Assembly: GCF_018350175.1 (NCBI RefSeq)
Contig: NC_058369.1
Coordinates: 3,474,001-3,538,000, forward strand
Direction: 5' to 3'
Source of the DNA: Felis catus
Taxonomy: Eukaryota
DNA: 64,000 bases
A program made the translations under genes and the position numbers. Under the pieces are notes generated by a model. The model was not told where the DNA came from. It did not search any database and was given only the letters and a program-made list of their open reading frames with translations. Of the stretch, positions 43,443 through 55,956 are shown one piece after another (within the stretch, counting starts at the first letter, position 1; every line of letters begins with the position of its first letter).

Positions 43443-45328
43443 CCTGGGGCCAGGCGGCCTCGGCCTTGCCTGGACACCCGCTGACTTGCTCTGCAACAGC
43501 CGCTAAGCTACTGTCCCTCTCTGTGCTTTGGGTGCTCACTTGTGAAGCCTGGTTGGCGGGAAGGGTTTAAGGAGTTAATCCTCATAAAAAGTAGGTTTGC
43601 CGAGCGTTAGTTTCCATCTGATGGGCAGCCTGACTGGGCCCTGCGAGCCCAGATGCCTGGTGGGGCCTCCCTACGTTCTCTCTGGAACTTTCCTGTCTGC
43701 TCCCTTGTTCGCTCCCCGGGCCCTGCCCTGGCCTCTGTGAACCGAGGAACCCTGCCTGGAATTCTCTCCCCCCCCCTTCCCGAGCCAGCCAGCTCTGTCT
43801 GCAGGACCCTGACCTGCCTGGAACGTCCCCCCCCCAAAAAAAAACCGGGGTGCAGTAAAGAGAGAGGGAAAGGAAGGCAGGGCGATCAGAAGGAGGGATG
43901 GCACCGGTTGGTGTCTCCAGGACATTGGGGAGGGGGTCCGTTTGAGAGGGGACACAGGGGGACACCAGTTCCGGGGGGTCCAACGCTGCAAGCTGTCCCT
44001 AGATAGCAAAACTGAGGCACGCCCGGCCTTTCCTCCCCTCTGCTGGCGGGGGGGGGGGGGGGGGGGGGGGGAAGGGAGGCCCCTGGAGCCGAGAGGGGGG
44101 CTGGGCGAAGGGGAGGGGGCAACTGGGGGGGGGCGGCCGAGACAAAGCAGGATGGGGGTCTGTCCGACAGCAGCCCGGCCTTAAGGACAGCGGGCTCCGC
44201 GCATTGGCATTGTCTCCCGAGCGGGCACAGGGCTGGGGGAGGGGGCGGTGCGCCCCCCCACACACAATGGAGCCCCCCCAAGCCAGCCAGGCTGGGGGAG
44301 CTGCGGCCCCGCCCACCTTGCGGCAGAGGGCGGGGCCGGGGGGGGGTGGCTGAGCGCCAATGAATTCAGCTCCACGAAAGCCAATTAAAGCCTGCAGGGG
44401 GCCCAACGGGAGACCCGGAGGCAGGGGGGGAGGGGGGAGGGGGCCCCCACGTGAGCCAGGCTGGGGGGGGGGGCCTTGGAGAGAGACCTGCGTGGGGGCA
44501 TCGCAGGAGGGGTGAAGCGCTCCCTTCCCCGGGCTGTGCACACCAAACTCCTGATTAGGAAGACGGAAGCCATCGAGCCCCAGGAGGGTGACAGGGCCCC
44601 TGGGGCATAAAACGTAGAGGGACAGCCTGGGAAGCACCCCCTCACCCCTGCCTTTTGCCCCCCACCCCGGAGAATGCTGAACAGGAGGCCGGATTTCCGT
44701 GGTCAACAAGGGTCAGCTGGTCCACCCCTTGGCCAGCCACCGCTCGAGGGGTCCACTCCTTCAAGACCCTGGCAGGGAAAAGCAGGCCTTGCCTCCGGGA
44801 AGCCTTCCAGGAATGCTGCAGGCCCTTCTCTGGGGCCCTCCCCTCCTGTCTGTCCCCTCTCTGCCTCCCCCCAGGCCCCTGGGAACCTCCTCCCCCTCCC
44901 TGAGCCCCACCTCTGAGACTTCCTTCCCTTGTCTGAGCCACACTCAGACTCCCCCCCCCCCCACTCTCTGAGCCCCCTTTCCCTGTCTGAGCCCTTCTCT
45001 CTACACCTTCCTCCTCCTCCGGAGACCCCTTAGCTCTCTGTCCCTGGGACCTGGGGCTTGAAGTCTCAGCTGGGCCTGGCTTGAGGGGCGCCAGGATTCT
45101 TGCCCAGCCGGGGGGAGGGGCCTTCCAACCACCCCCCCCTTCTCAGCAGCAGAGCAGGGGGCTGTGAGTCTACAGTCAATATTTTGGGGGTGACATGGGG
45201 CAGGGGCTGCAGTTTGAGACCACTCTGTGGCTGTCAGCCGTGGGGGGTACACCCGGGGATTCGGTGCGTGGAGGCGGGGAGCATGGCTCGTGAATGAGCG
45301 TGTGCGAGCCCACTCACGGGGGCCGCCG

Positions 45329-45368
<40 letters not shown>

Positions 45369-45788
45369 TGGGCGCGTGCGCTTTTGCCCACAGGAAGGAG
45401 GCTAAGGAGACCCAGAGACAGAGACTCGATGACAAGAGACAGATTTGGGGAAGGGCTGGGAGCACACACCTGGGTAACAAGAAGCAGCCCTGGGAGCATT
45501 TAGAGGCCGGGCATTCCTGGAGCCCAGAACAGCAGGTGCAAAGGCCCTGAGGCAGAAACAAGCTGGTTGGTGGATAAAGAACCCAGGTGATGGGAACGGT
45601 GAGTGGTGAGGCCCAATGAGCAGTAGGGCCAGAGCCACGGGGTGGCACACAGGGCTGAAGAGGGCGAGCTCTGGAGCCACGCTGCCTGGCTTCCAGTTTA
45701 GCTGGCCAAGTTTGCCTTCCAGCAACCCGAATGCTCCATGCCTTATCTTCCCCACCTATATAACGGGTGGGAAAGAGTATCTGCTTCC

Positions 45789-46040
45789 GGGGCGCCTGGG
45801 GGGCTCAGTCAGTTAAGCTTCCAACTCTTGATTTCAGCTCAGATCATGATCTCGCGGTCCGGGAGTTCGAGCCCCGCGTCGGGCTCTGTGCTGACAGCTC
45901 GGAGCCTGGAGCCTGCTTCCCATTCTGTGTCTCCCTCCCTCTGTCTCTCTGCTCCTTGCCCACTCACACCCTGTCTGGCTCCCTCTCTCTCTCTCAAAAA
46001 CAAACATTAAAAAGTGCTAAAGTAAATAAAAATAAATAAG
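45789..46040 (+). mobile_element. SINEC_Fc-type CAN-SINE
   Basis: Full consensus plus A-rich tail. Confidence 0.92.
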
Positions 46041-46079
46041 TACAAAAGTTGTCCAGAAAAACCACCAAGGCAAAGACCG

Positions 46080-46840
46080 GCTTGGTTGCCAGGAGGCCCC
46101 GGCCATTTTGCGACCAAAGCAATTGGCCGCCTTCTCGTGGTTAAGTTTCAAGATCTGGATGGTTGTTCGTCTCATCTCAGCAAAACTCCGGGCTCCCCTA
46201 GTGGCCCCTGAACTTGGGCAGTCACGGCAGCGGCCGGTTTTAAATTCCGCCCAGAAAGAGTTAAGTTCTTCAAAAGAACCCTGTTCCCCGGCCTTACGTG
46301 CAGAGACAGGCCTCAGAGCAGCAAAAGGGAACCGTGGCTTGGGGACCGGAAAGACGCTGTCTCCAGGACCCAGATGTCCCCTCCTGATGCTCTGCCTTGC
46401 TGACCCTGGACGACGGCCCCTCCCAGCTCATTCCCAGAGACAGTAAACAACCTGTCCGTCAGTAGGTTTCTCAAAGACAAACTAGCCGATCCAGAGCCCC
46501 GCCCCCAACACCCCTTCCGTGGGGTTCTCACACTCAGGGTCGCTACCTCCTGCCCTGATCCCCTGGGGCTGCTGCCAGGGGGACTAGGGACGGGGACCAG
46601 GGTCGGCTCCCAGGTCCCAGGGACCGCTGAAGTTATTCCTACGAGCTGGTCCTAAACCTGCTACCCCTGCCTTACCCTTTTCTTTCTATGGAAACTGCAA
46701 TCATGCCTCTTGCCCGGTCCGCCCCCGCCGCCTCCCTGTGTGGGCCTGTGGGGTGTGGTGAGCCCCCGCCTTCTGGAAACTAAAACACTTTCTTGTCAAT
46801 GGCAATCGTCTCTTCATCTGCTGGCCTTGGTAGATCTCAA
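46080..46840. mobile_element. Old ERV LTR-like remnant (MER77/MER68-like, family uncertain)
   Basis: Resemblance from memory only (tttctatggaaactgcaat..ctgtggggtgtggtgagcccc..ctttcttgtcaatggcaatc). Confidence 0.3.
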
Positions 46841-46851
46841 CATTTAATACA

Positions 46852-47100
46852 CTATATATATATATTATATATATATATTTATATATTATATATTATATAT
46901 TATATATTATATATATTATATATTATATATTTATATATTTATATATTTATATATTAAATATATATATTATATATATTTATATATATTATATATATTTATA
47001 GATATATATCTATAGATATATACATAAAATATATCTATATATATTTTATATCTATATATATCTATAGATATATATATATCTATATATATATATACATATT
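46852..47100. repeat. ~250-bp degenerate (TA)n AT-rich microsatellite
   Basis: Directly visible. Confidence 0.97.
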
Positions 47101-47294
47101 TTTTTAAGTTTGCTTTTGACAGAGAGAGAGATAGAGAGAGAACACAAATGGGGGAGGGGCAGAGAGAGAGGGAGACAGAGGATCCCAAGCAGGCCCTGCG
47201 CCCACAGCAGCAAACAGCCCGAAACTCACAAACCACGAGATCATGACCGGAGCCAAAGTCAGACGCTCAACCGACTGAGCCACCCAGGCGCCCC
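47099..47294 (-). mobile_element. CAN-SINE
   Basis: Reverse-complement consensus; TSD atacactatat at 46847-46857 and 47296-47306. Confidence 0.9.
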
Positions 47295-47325
47295 CATACA
47301 CTATATTTTAAAACTCATCTACTTC

Positions 47326-47530
47326 GGGGGCGCCTGGATGGCTCAGCTGGTTGAGCGTCCCACTCTCGATTTCCTGATCTCACGGTTTGTGGGTTCGAGC
47401 CCCGCGCCGGGCTCTGTGCGGACAGCTCGGAGCCCGGAGCCTGCTTCGGATTCGGTGTCTGTCCCTCCCCTGCTCGTGCTTGCGTGCACTCTCTCCCTCT
47501 CAGAATAAATCAATAAACTCCAATCAAAAA
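47326..47530 (+). mobile_element. CAN-SINE
   Basis: Consensus head gggggcgcctggatggctcagc.. Confidence 0.9.
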
Positions 47531-47874
47531 TACAACTTATTTATTTTTTTTCTCACACTTTGGTAAAATACCCGTAAAACCTGTTTCTCGTCCTAACCGT
47601 TAGGAACCCTAGGCCACCCTTCCCACCGCCCGTCGCCAGACCCTTTTCACCCTGCCAAACGGAAACGGCGTCCCCGTGAAACACTAGCTGTCTGTTCCCA
47701 CCCTCCCTCCAGCCCATGCACTGTATTTTGAGACACACGCACCTGCAAAGTTTCTCCCACGCCTGTGTGCAACTGTGGTCCACAGGATGTCATTCTAGTA
47801 TCCTTCAAAAGCCATCATCAGAGTATTCCCTAATGGGAACTGGCTAAGTCATTCCCTTTATGTAAAAAGATGGC

Positions 47875-48075
47875 AATACTGTATCGAATGTTTGAAACTT
47901 GCTAAGAGAGTAAACCTGAAAAGGTCTCATCACAGGGGGGAGACTTTGTAACGATGTGAGGGGAGGGATGTTGGTTAAACGGTGATCACTGTGGCAATAC
48001 ATAGGAATGTCTAATCATCACCTTGTATGCCGTGTATTAACACAATGTTATAAATTAATAATGTCTCAGTAAAAC
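47875..48075 (+). mobile_element. L1MA-like 3' terminal fragment
   Basis: ttgaaacttgctaagagagtaaacctgaaaaggtctcatcac..taacgatgtgagg..aatgttataaattaataatgtctcagtaaaactgg. Confidence 0.7.
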
Positions 48076-48082
48076 TGGGGGA

Positions 48083-48295
48083 GGGGCGCCTTGGTTCCTC
48101 GGTTGGATGGGCGTCCGACTTCGGCTCAGGTCATGATCTCACGGTTCGTGGGTTCGAGCCCCACATCGGGCTCTGTGCTGACAGCTCAGAGCCTGGATCC
48201 TGCTTCCGGTTCTGTATCTCTCTCTCTCTCTCCCCTCTCTCTCTTGTACTCTGTCTCTCTCTCTGAAAAATAAACATCAATTTAAAAAAAAAAAA
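48083..48295 (+). mobile_element. SINEC_Fc-type CAN-SINE
   Basis: Consensus; flanking aaaactggggga direct repeats. Confidence 0.92.
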
Positions 48296-48384
48296 ACTGG
48301 GGGAAAAAAGTAACAGAGAATACACAGACACACACGCACACATACAGAGCAAAAGCTCCATATTGGGCATAGAGCTTGCTTTAA

Positions 48385-48553
48385 ATTTTTTTTTTTTTAA
48401 TTTTTTTCAGTTTATTTTGAGGGAGAGAGAGAATCCCAAGCAGGCTTCCTGCTGTCAGCGCAGAGCCCGACGTGGGGCTCGAACTCACAGACCGTGAGAT
48501 CATGACCTGAGCCAAAGTTGGATGCTCAACCGACTGAGCCACCCAGGCGCCCC
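48385..48553 (-). mobile_element. CAN-SINE
   Basis: Reverse-complement consensus. Confidence 0.9.
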
Positions 48554-48929
48554 AGACCCTATATTTTTTTTTAAACAGGGTGGTGGGATTTGAAAGGATG
48601 TGGGAGATCAGGTCAATGAAAACTCAACGAAATGACAGTAAGGAGGGAAGGCCAGGGAGGAGGGAGAGACAGAGATGGGCGAACCAGCCTGAATTCCCTC
48701 GGAACGCGTCCCCCGCGCTGTCGCTCGCGGCCATTCTGCCTAGAAAGTTACCGGCGGGGATGGCGGGGACTCTGGCTCCTTAAAAAGCGCCTTAAACGAG
48801 TCCTTGAACACGGTGACCTTATGGCTAATCCCTCCACAGCGTGTGGTTTTTCCATTCCTTCCAGATCTTTGCTAACGAACGCGCTCTGCTTCTGCGAGCA
48901 AAGTTTATGAGGTTTACAGGGTCCCGTGC

Positions 48930-49320
48930 AGGTGTCCCCGGGTCACTCGGATCATGCGGTCCTGACCTCGCGTGTGTGGGTTTCCACGTGGATGTACGTT
49001 TCCGGTTCTGCTGAAGGGCTGGGTCCTCTGGAAATTCTACGTCTGACTTCGGGAGGAACCGTCAGACTTTCTTCCGCAGTAAGTGCCCGGTTTGGCTTCC
49101 CCACCAGCCACGTGGGACGCTTCCAACGTCCCCCCCTCCTCGCCCGCCCGTGCTCTTGTCTGCTTTTTTGTGTTGTCGCTGTCCTCGTGGGGGTGAGGCG
49201 GTCTCTCCTCGTGGTTCAAACTTGTATCTTCCCTCTGACCATGACTGTTGGGCGTCTTTTCCTCATTGGCAGGATTCGTGTCTTCTTGGAGATACGCCTA
49301 TTCGGATCATTTGCTTTTTA
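48930..49320 (-). mobile_element. Old L1M fragment (ORF2 3' region), degenerate
   Basis: ggaaccgtcagactttcttccgcag..cccaccagc..ctcgtgggggtgaggcggtctctcctcgtggtt..ttgtatcttccctctgac..tcttcttggaga. Confidence 0.65.
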
Positions 49321-49360
49321 AATTCTTTCTTCTTTTAATTGTTCTTTTCCATTAATCTTA

Positions 49361-49546
49361 TTTTTTTAAGTCTATTTGTTTTTGAGGGGGAGGGGCAGAG
49401 AGAGAGGGAGACAGAGAGAATCCCAAGCAGTCTCCAGCGCTCAGCACGGAGCCCGGTGCGGGGCTTGAACTCACAAACCATGAGATCGTGACCTGAGCCG
49501 AGATCAAGAGTGGGACGCTTAACGGACTGAGCCACCCAGGTGCCCC
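49361..49546 (-). mobile_element. CAN-SINE
   Basis: Reverse-complement consensus. Confidence 0.9.
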
Positions 49547-50073
49547 TCTTTTTTTTTTTTTTTCTTTTCTTTTTTTTTTTTTTTCATTTTTTTTTTAAGT
49601 GCCCAATCACCCTGCCTGGCAAGAAGCCATTCTCCTCCCCACTTTACAGATGAGGAAACTGAGGCTCAGAGAGGGGCAGTGTCTTGCCCAGAGTCACAGC
49701 CCAAGAGCGAGTCACGGCCAGGACTGGAGGCCAGGCTGATGTGACCCTGGTGACCGGGGGGTGGGGGGAGGCGCTCCGGGGTGGGTGCCCCACCCACAGA
49801 GGAGGGAGAGAGGGGCCTCTCTTCCAGCTCAGTGCAAAAGGGGCGATGGGAGGCAGAGGCTGGTCTCAAGGCCACATCCCTCCCCGGAGGAGCCCCACCC
49901 CTGCCCCACCCCCAACATCCCCCCCCCCCCCGGGGCCCACGCAGCCGCACACGCCCACAGGGGTAACTCGCGGGCCACACTGGCACGCGGCCATAGGTAC
50001 ACACGCGTGTGCGCGTGCACACACACACAGGCCCCCGCGTGCACACTCCGCTTCTGAGCACTAGTGTGAGAGG

Positions 50074-50112
<39 letters not shown>

Positions 50113-50445
50113 GTGGGGGGGCAGAGATGGGGTAAAACCACACCAGAGAAGGACGGAAGCAGAGTCAGGGATGGGGCGGCGGGGAGATGGAGAGGACGGG
50201 AGGCCCTCCCTCCGGTCCCTGGCTGAGCTGGCCTCCTGCGTCAGTCCTCAAAATAGGCCCTTGAGATGAGGAATGTTTGACTGAATTTTCCAGAAGAGAA
50301 GGTGGAGGCTGGGAGAGGCCCGGCCCAACTCTTAGTGACCTGACTGGAGTCCCTTTGCAAATCGGAGGCTGGGTCTAGACCATCAGCTCCGCTGGGTGGG
50401 AGTGTACCCCTCCTTTTTGCTTTCTTTTTTTTTACTATTAATTGC

Positions 50446-50644
50446 TTTTAATTTATTTATTTTTGAGAGCGAGAGACAGAGAAAGAGAGCAAGGGAGGGG
50501 CAGAGAGAGAGGGAGACCCAGAATCTGAAGCAGGCTCCACACTGTGAGCACAGAGCCCGACATGGGACTCGAACCCCGGAACCAGGACATCATGACCCGA
50601 GCTGACGTGGGGCGCTTAACCGACTGGGCCACCCAGGCGCCCCC
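50446..50644 (-). mobile_element. CAN-SINE
   Basis: Reverse-complement consensus. Confidence 0.9.
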
Positions 50645-50670
50645 CGCTTTCTTTTAAATGGTTTCACCCA

Positions 50671-50863
50671 GGGGCGCCTGGTGGCTCAGTCGGTTAAGCG
50701 TCCAACGTCGGCTGAGGGTCATAATCTCACGGGCGGTGAGTTTGAGCCCCGCGTGGGGCTCCGTGCTGACGGCTCAGCGCCTGCTTTGGACTCTCTCTCT
50801 CCCTCTCTGCCCCTCCGCTGCTCCCACTCTCTCTCCCAAAAATAACTAAATAAACATTAAAAA
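50671..50863 (+). mobile_element. CAN-SINE
   Basis: ggggcgcctggtggctcagtcggttaagcgtcc.. Confidence 0.88.
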
Positions 50864-52764
50864 CACCATAAATGGCTTCCCAGAAAGATCCAGATCCCCA
50901 GCTCCTCTGGAAAGAAATGAGCCGATGGGGCTGGACCCGCTGCAGGGACCCGGTGGGATGTCCCAAGACCCGCCCGGGCAGCAGAGGGGCGCCTGTGACC
51001 CCGGGCATGTGTGGCTCCCGGTGACCGAGTGAGAATGTGGGGGCGGTGCTCTCGGAGGTGTGCGAGGGTGTGGGCAAGGGGGGCCCGGGTCCTGGGGTCT
51101 GGCCCCGCCTCCTCGCCCCTGCCAACCGCCCCAGGGCATTTTCCCAGGACAATGGAGATACATCCCCCTCCGTCCTACCCCCTCCCTCCTCCTCCCGCCC
51201 TCCCCTCTCTCCTTCTCCCTCCTCCCTTCCCCTCTCCCAGCTCCCGGTGGGGAGAAGTGGCCTCAGGCTGCCATCAGTTCCGAGGGGCTTAAGTGGCCCA
51301 GTTCCGGGGCTGGCTGGCACCCTTCGAAGACACCATTAGGGTAATGAGCTCTCGGCCCCTCCCAGCCCCAGAGCTTGGCAACCACAGAGGGGGTGTCCCG
51401 GGCCCACTGGGCTGCCGGCCTGCAAGGGGAGGGGGCGGGGACCCCGGACGGAGAGCCCCAGAGACGCACACAGGGTCAGGTGGGGGCAGGGAGCCAGAGA
51501 CGAGGCGGAAGAGAGATGCAGAGAGCGAGAGACGGAGAGACAGAGGGAGACAGAGGAAACTGAGACGGGAGACGACAGATCAGAGGTCAAGGGAGGAGGG
51601 GGAGGGAAATGAGAGTGGAAGCAAAGCAGGAGAGACCGAGGCTGGACCGACAGCAGGACAGGCCAGGAGCCAGGGAGGAGGGAGGGAGAGAGAGAGAGAG
51701 GGAGAGAGAGAGGGAGGCGGCAGTGGGAGGGGGAGATGAGAGAGAGAGAAGCTCACGCGCGGAACAAATGAGGTAGAAGACAGTCTTTTACAACCTAATC
51801 TCGGCAGCGCCCGTCATCACCTCTGTGTGACCGCATCTATTGGTCACACGGACCCAGCCTGACACGGAGAGGGAGAAGCCTACCCCGCTGTAAACACCAG
51901 GAGGCGGGGGTCGTGGGGTCCGTGTTGGAGGCTGAATGGGACTTGAGTTCCCTGCTCCGAGGCACGGGCTCACCGGCATCTGTCACATAGTAGAGACAGG
52001 CTCATTTTCCAGGGCATCAGCGTCCCCTCGTCTCGAGTCAGTTCTCTGGGGATCTGCGCAAGGACACTGGCCCTCTTTAGGGATCTTTTTGCTTACAAGG
52101 GAAAGCAACTCAACTCAAACTGCCTTGAAACACAGATAGAATAAGGGGGGCGGGCGAGCTGGCTTGTGGACTGGGAAGCCAGGATTAAGCGGGCTTCAGA
52201 CACGGCTGCCTCCAGGGGTTCAAACATGATTGTCGCCATCTTGCAACCCTCCACGCAGTCACCAGCTCCCCAGACCCACACCCTTCTCTCCTAGCAACTC
52301 GGGTGGACACGGAGACCCTTCCCTACCGGATCCGGCCAGAGTCCCAGTGAAGGATCCGACTGGCTCAGGGGGATCACCGGCCTATCCCTGAATCAGTCAC
52401 CGCGGCCGGCCGACATTTCTTGGCCCTTTTTGTCTTCCGGAAGCTTCTCTGGGTCTGAGGCGTTCTGCTGTAGCATTTAAATGCACCCGGTTTAGGGCCA
52501 CATTGCTTAGGATCCAATCTCCCCGTCTGCTGCCTCAGAGCTGTGGGTTCTCGGAAAATATACCCAACCTCTCTGTGCTCGGTGTCCCCGTCCGTCAAAT
52601 GGAATTGCTTTGAGGATCACACGAATTAAACCGTATCAGATTCTAGAAGGTTGCCGACATCCAGGAGCATTAGAGGTAGCTGGCCTTGGCCGATGTTCGG
52701 GTCCTTTTTTTCTGGCGTGAGTTTCGTTGCTGGCAAACATCACCCTTCCCCCATCCCCTAAGTT

Positions 52765-53150
52765 AACCGTTGACGCTGTCCCCAAAAAAGATGTCTGGTC
52801 ATTTTCCCAGGCAGAATTGCCCTTCTCTGCTCCCCCCGAAGTCCCGTGGGAGCCACGGGGACTGCTTTGACCAATTAAATGGGAGCGGAAGTGACACGTG
52901 CCCCCTCCGGACGGAAACTTCTACAGCCAGGGTACCACTTGTCACGTTGCCTCTTTCTTTCAGCTGCAGTGACCGGCAAGTCGGAGGGGGCGGTGGCTCC
53001 CCCAACCTGTAGAAGGGGGACGCAAGACATCCTCAGCCAAACCCCGACAGAGGGATGAACGCAAGCAGGAGCTGCATCTTGGGCCACTTTTGAGCCACGG
53101 AGATCTGGGGGATGTTTGTTACCGCGTATAACCTTCCCTAACTGATACAC
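52765..53150 (+). mobile_element. MLT1H/J-like MaLR LTR remnant
   Basis: gactgctttgaccaat..ggaagtgacacgtgcc..tttgagccacggagatctgggggatgtttgttaccgcgtataacct..taactgatac. Confidence 0.6.
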
Positions 53151-53818
53151 CCCCGGGTTTCTGCGATCTCCTTGTCTCCACCACAGACACAACCAGAGGT
53201 CTTGCGTGACCTGGTCCAATGTGACGTAGTGTAACTGTTGGTACGTCTACATCTAGGACAACAGGGGTCATTTTTGTGCCTGTGACCTTGGCAACATCGG
53301 ACACCGGGTGGAGGGCTGGGAAAAAAGCACTGTCCGTGCCACGATCTCCCCTGACGTCTGTACATCTCTCCATCCTCTCTCATAGCTGGCTCTTCCCGGA
53401 CCAGCGACATTTTAAAGCTCTGCCTCTCAATCTTGCTAATGACTCATTTTTTATCCCTATTCTAGTAGCGATCCTGCACTCAGAGAAATTGCCTACCGTT
53501 CCCTCCCACACCTTCCCCCCCCCCATCCACGGCCACCGGCAGGAAAAGAGCTTCATCTGGCATCACTGTGTGGCCCAGCCCCCGTCCCTGCTGGACTCAG
53601 TTTACCTTGTGGTGGTTCAGATGTGGTTTCCTGAGGGCTATTCTGGCCCTGCCGTTCAGTGTGGCTCCAGTGTTACTGTCCTTTGCTTTGGTTGAGCTGG
53701 GAACCTGATGTCACGGAAATTATGGTCTTTAAACAAGACTCTCTGCTCTATTCTGTGTAAAACAGTCACCCGTGCAGATATCACCTTCCTTATTACATCG
53801 GTTAAGATTCTCTGGGTT

Positions 53819-54031
53819 GGGGCGCCTGGGTGGCTCAGTGGGTTGAGCATCTGACTTCCGCTCAGGTCATGATCTCGCGGTCCGTGGGTTCGAGCCCCGC
53901 GTCGGGCTCTGTGCTGATGGCTCGGAGCCTGGAGCCCGCTTCGGATCCTGTGTCTCCCTCTCTCTCTCGGCCCCTCCCCCGCTCACACTCTGTCTCTGTC
54001 TCTCTCAAAAATAAATAAAACATTAAAAAAA
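53819..54031 (+). mobile_element. SINEC_Fc-type CAN-SINE (near consensus)
   Basis: Full consensus and tail. Confidence 0.95.
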
Positions 54032-54199
54032 GAAGAAGAACAGAAACACAGCCTCTGCATGGAGCATGCATGGCATGGCTAGGTGCTCCCTGGCTTAGAA
54101 CTTAATGGCCTCCCGAGCTCAGCTGCAGGGGATTCTGGGAACTGTAGTTCCTAGGCTTCCGGCCCCCAGCCGCGAGGCAAGTAGAGGGAGAGGGGTCCC

Positions 54200-54415
54200 A
54201 GCCCGTCCACCTCCACACAAGACCCCAGACCAGTGGATGGGACCAGCTGAGACCTTCCCGCCCAGCTCAGCTGCCCTTTGACTGCAGCCGCACGAATGAG
54301 CCCAGGCAAGAGTCCCCCGGCCAAGCCACGGAATCACGACAAATAAGAAATTGTTGTCGTTTAAGCCTCTGCATTTTGGGGGTGGTTTGTTACACAGCAA
54401 CAGGTAACTGATACA
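54200..54415 (+). mobile_element. MLT1-type LTR 3' remnant
   Basis: cccagctcagctgcc..gaatcacgacaaataagaaattgttgtcgtttaagcctctgcattttggggtggtttgttacacagcaacaggtaactgataca; similar at 62480-62760. Confidence 0.65.
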
Positions 54416-54945
54416 TTACTGGCTTGCCGAGAGAATGCCCTGGAATGGACTAACTAATCGGTCCTTTGAAGCAAGCAGACGATGGCTTCGTCGAGGAAGA
54501 AGATGCTTGGACCGCTTCTCTCTGTCCCTGTCTCTCTGTCTCTCTCTGCTCTGCCTGGGCTCTGTCTCTCTCCCTCCCTGCCCCTCCCCTCTGCACCTCC
54601 GTGTCTCTGCCTCTCTCCCTGCCCCCCTTTAAGCTTGGGACCCTGGGGTGGGGGGCGAACCCCGTTGAGGCAGGTGGTCCGACAACTGACACCCAAGGGA
54701 TTAGCTGCTCTGCCCCCCACTCCCCGCGCCCCGAGGGATTTGAGGCCGCTGCCTTTTTAACTCCACCTTGATCAAATTTCCTCCCCTTCGCCTGGGAAGT
54801 CCCACGCACTCACCATTCACTCTGTACGCGTTCCCAGGCCCGCCACGTCCTCCTGGGTCACCAGACGGCCACATGCCTGATAACGCCACTGCACCTGCCT
54901 GGGTCGCAGGATCTAAGCCTCCCATGCCACACCTCCCACCCCCGG

Positions 54946-54988
<43 letters not shown>

Positions 54989-55917
54989 CACACGCACAGC
55001 ACCTGGATGGCCAGCCTCCACCTGGGAGACTCGGGGCACCGACCGTGTTCTCGGTGAAAATCCTACTTTTAAAAAAAATCACAGGTTAGCTGCTTACCAT
55101 TGCCCCCCCTTTTGCTCCTGCTTGTCTTGAGGAGACACAAACGTGTGAAATTCCTGTTGCTCACCCCCCCCCCAGTCTTTTAACCTTTGATTTTTTGAAA
55201 TAATTATAGGCGCCACAGGAAGTAGCAAAAATAGGGCAGCCGTCCCTGGTTCCCTGCCCCCAGCTTCCCCCCTCGTAACATCTTGCAAAACTCTAGCACA
55301 TTCTCTAAATCGGGGAACCGACTCTGGTAGGAGACGGTCAACCAGACCACGGGGTTTCGCTTCCCAGGTTTGTATTTTCAGCTCCCCTGGCGCACACACG
55401 GCGACATGTGTGGGTACACACTTCTGGGGCTGCTCAGGCGTGACCCAAGCCCGTGGGTCGCTCCCACGGCGCTGCGTGCACACGCACGCACAAGCAGATT
55501 CGAGTGCCCGCGCAAACGTGCACCGTCACGCCCCCGGATGCACAGGGGCACACGGCGAAGCACACGCATGCTTGTGCGGGGCCGCTCAGACGCGCGTGGG
55601 ACTCCTGCGTCCACACCCAGCTTTGAACATCCGTGTAAAAGCCACACGTGAGCAGTGAGATCCGTGTGCCGCTCGTGCACGCACAGCCACGTGCCTGCAA
55701 TCCATGCAGTCTTACACACACGTTCAGACACCTGCACAGATGCACACACACACACACGCACACGCACACACGCCTTGCGCATACAATAACCCATGCTGGA
55801 AAAATCCACACAGGGAATTATGATTAATATCATCAGCGCCCCCCCCCCCTCCAAATCATACTGGTCACCATGGTTTCAGGAGGATGCTGTCTGCCTCTCT
55901 CCCCTCCCCTCCCCTCC

Positions 55918-55956
<39 letters not shown>

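Noticed and set aside
44365..44385. REST/RE1-like TTCAGCTCCACG
   Set aside because: Only a mismatched left half-site; the GGACAG right half is absent
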